From an uncultured Acidobacteriota bacterium (GTDB lineage: Bacteria; Acidobacteriota; Vicinamibacteria; Vicinamibacterales; CAVVIG01): a DNA stretch of 64,000 nt. Below, piece after piece: positions 63,654 to 64,000 of the stretch. The stretch lies in assembly GCA_963711505.1 (NCBI GenBank), contig CAVQEJ010000003.1:781564-845563 (forward strand), written 5' to 3'. Position 1 is the stretch's first letter, and every line of letters begins with the position of its first letter. Position numbers and translations under genes: made by a program. Below the pieces are notes generated by a model. That model did not search any database. It saw only the letters and a program-made list of their open reading frames with translations, and was not told where the DNA came from.

Positions 63654-64000
63654 TGGCGGAAGACGATCGACTGTATCGAAAACTCCTCGAGGCCGCCCTG
63701 GCGACACGCGGCTACGCCGTGACGACCTGCGTCGACGGCGTCGAGGCGTGGGAGCGGCTGTCCAAGGAGGCGGGGCCGACGATTGCCATCCTCGACTGGA
63801 TGATGCCGAAGATGGACGGCCTGGAGATCTGCCGACGCATCCGCCAGTCCGCCGTCACGCTGCCGCCCTACGTCATCCTGCTGACGTCCCGTACGCGCAA
63901 GGAGGACATCGTCGCCGGTCTGCAGGCTGGCGCCGACGACTACCTCTGCAAGCCGTTCGATCCCGAGGAGCTGGGCGCCCGCGTCGTCGTCGGCACGCGC
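63641..64000 (+). CDS. Response regulator receiver domain (3' end outside window; output domain unknown)
   Basis: GTG 63641: [20 protein letters not shown]...ILDWMMPKMDGLEICRRIR...LLTSRTRKEDIVAGLQAGADDYLCKPFD. Runs off the window edge. Confidence 0.75.
   Translation, partial: MRIIVAEDDRLYRKLLEAALATRGYAVTTCVDGVEAWERLSKEAGPTIAILDWMMPKMDGLEICRRIRQSAVTLPPYVILLTSRTRKEDIVAGLQAGADDYLCKPFDPEELGARVVVGTR

Overview
High-GC (about 70% by eye) chromosomal segment from a Gram-negative bacterium. Gene content and repeat style suggest an Acidobacteriota-like soil organism, but that is inference only. I can support about 60 protein genes, one tRNA-Leu(UAA), one REP-associated tyrosine transposase (RAYT) flanked by hairpin REP arrays, two heptad-repeat palindromes, and a few candidate promoters or operators.

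Main modules, in order:
- envelope and housekeeping genes (1-7.6 kb)
- an AT-rich operator-like island with a DUF2089/SHOCT gene and tRNA-Leu (7.7-9.3 kb)
- a Csu-type (archaic) chaperone-usher pilus cluster with four SCPU subunits (10.0-15.1 kb)
- a tandem array of five paralogous pentaheme c-type cytochromes plus a TlpA-like thioredoxin (15.1-20.2 kb)
- RAYT and REPs (20.9-21.8 kb)
- a large secreted BNR/Asp-box propeller protein (22.1-25.3 kb)
- a CarH/LitR-type B12 photoreceptor regulator between two divergent fatty-acid-modification operons (25.3-32.8 kb)
- an orphan nuoJ-nuoK-nuoN trio with a 50-codon relic where nuoL/nuoM should be (34.0-36.5 kb)
- gnd-zwf-ackA-rpiB (37.0-41.7 kb)
- a CoA-dependent organic-acid catabolic supercluster: ALDH, acyl-CoA dehydrogenase, family III CoA-transferase, MaoC hydratase, PrpD-like, CitE-like, ComDE-like TPP decarboxylase (41.9-50.1 kb)
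- glucose-dehydrogenase-like MDR plus GH15 glucoamylase behind a sigma54-type promoter (50.4-54.1 kb)
- nadE, then a sigma54/two-component signalling cluster (57.9-64.0 kb)

Major caveat: about 36 single-nucleotide frameshifts interrupt otherwise well-conserved genes, including core metabolism. Most behave as +1 insertions. This looks more like consensus or assembly error than biology, and it creates several chimeric giant ORFs in the six-frame track.

The most interesting candidate for an undescribed system is the 25-heme cytochrome quintet next to the pilus cluster. All functional calls rest on motif and family recognition by eye; no searches were run.
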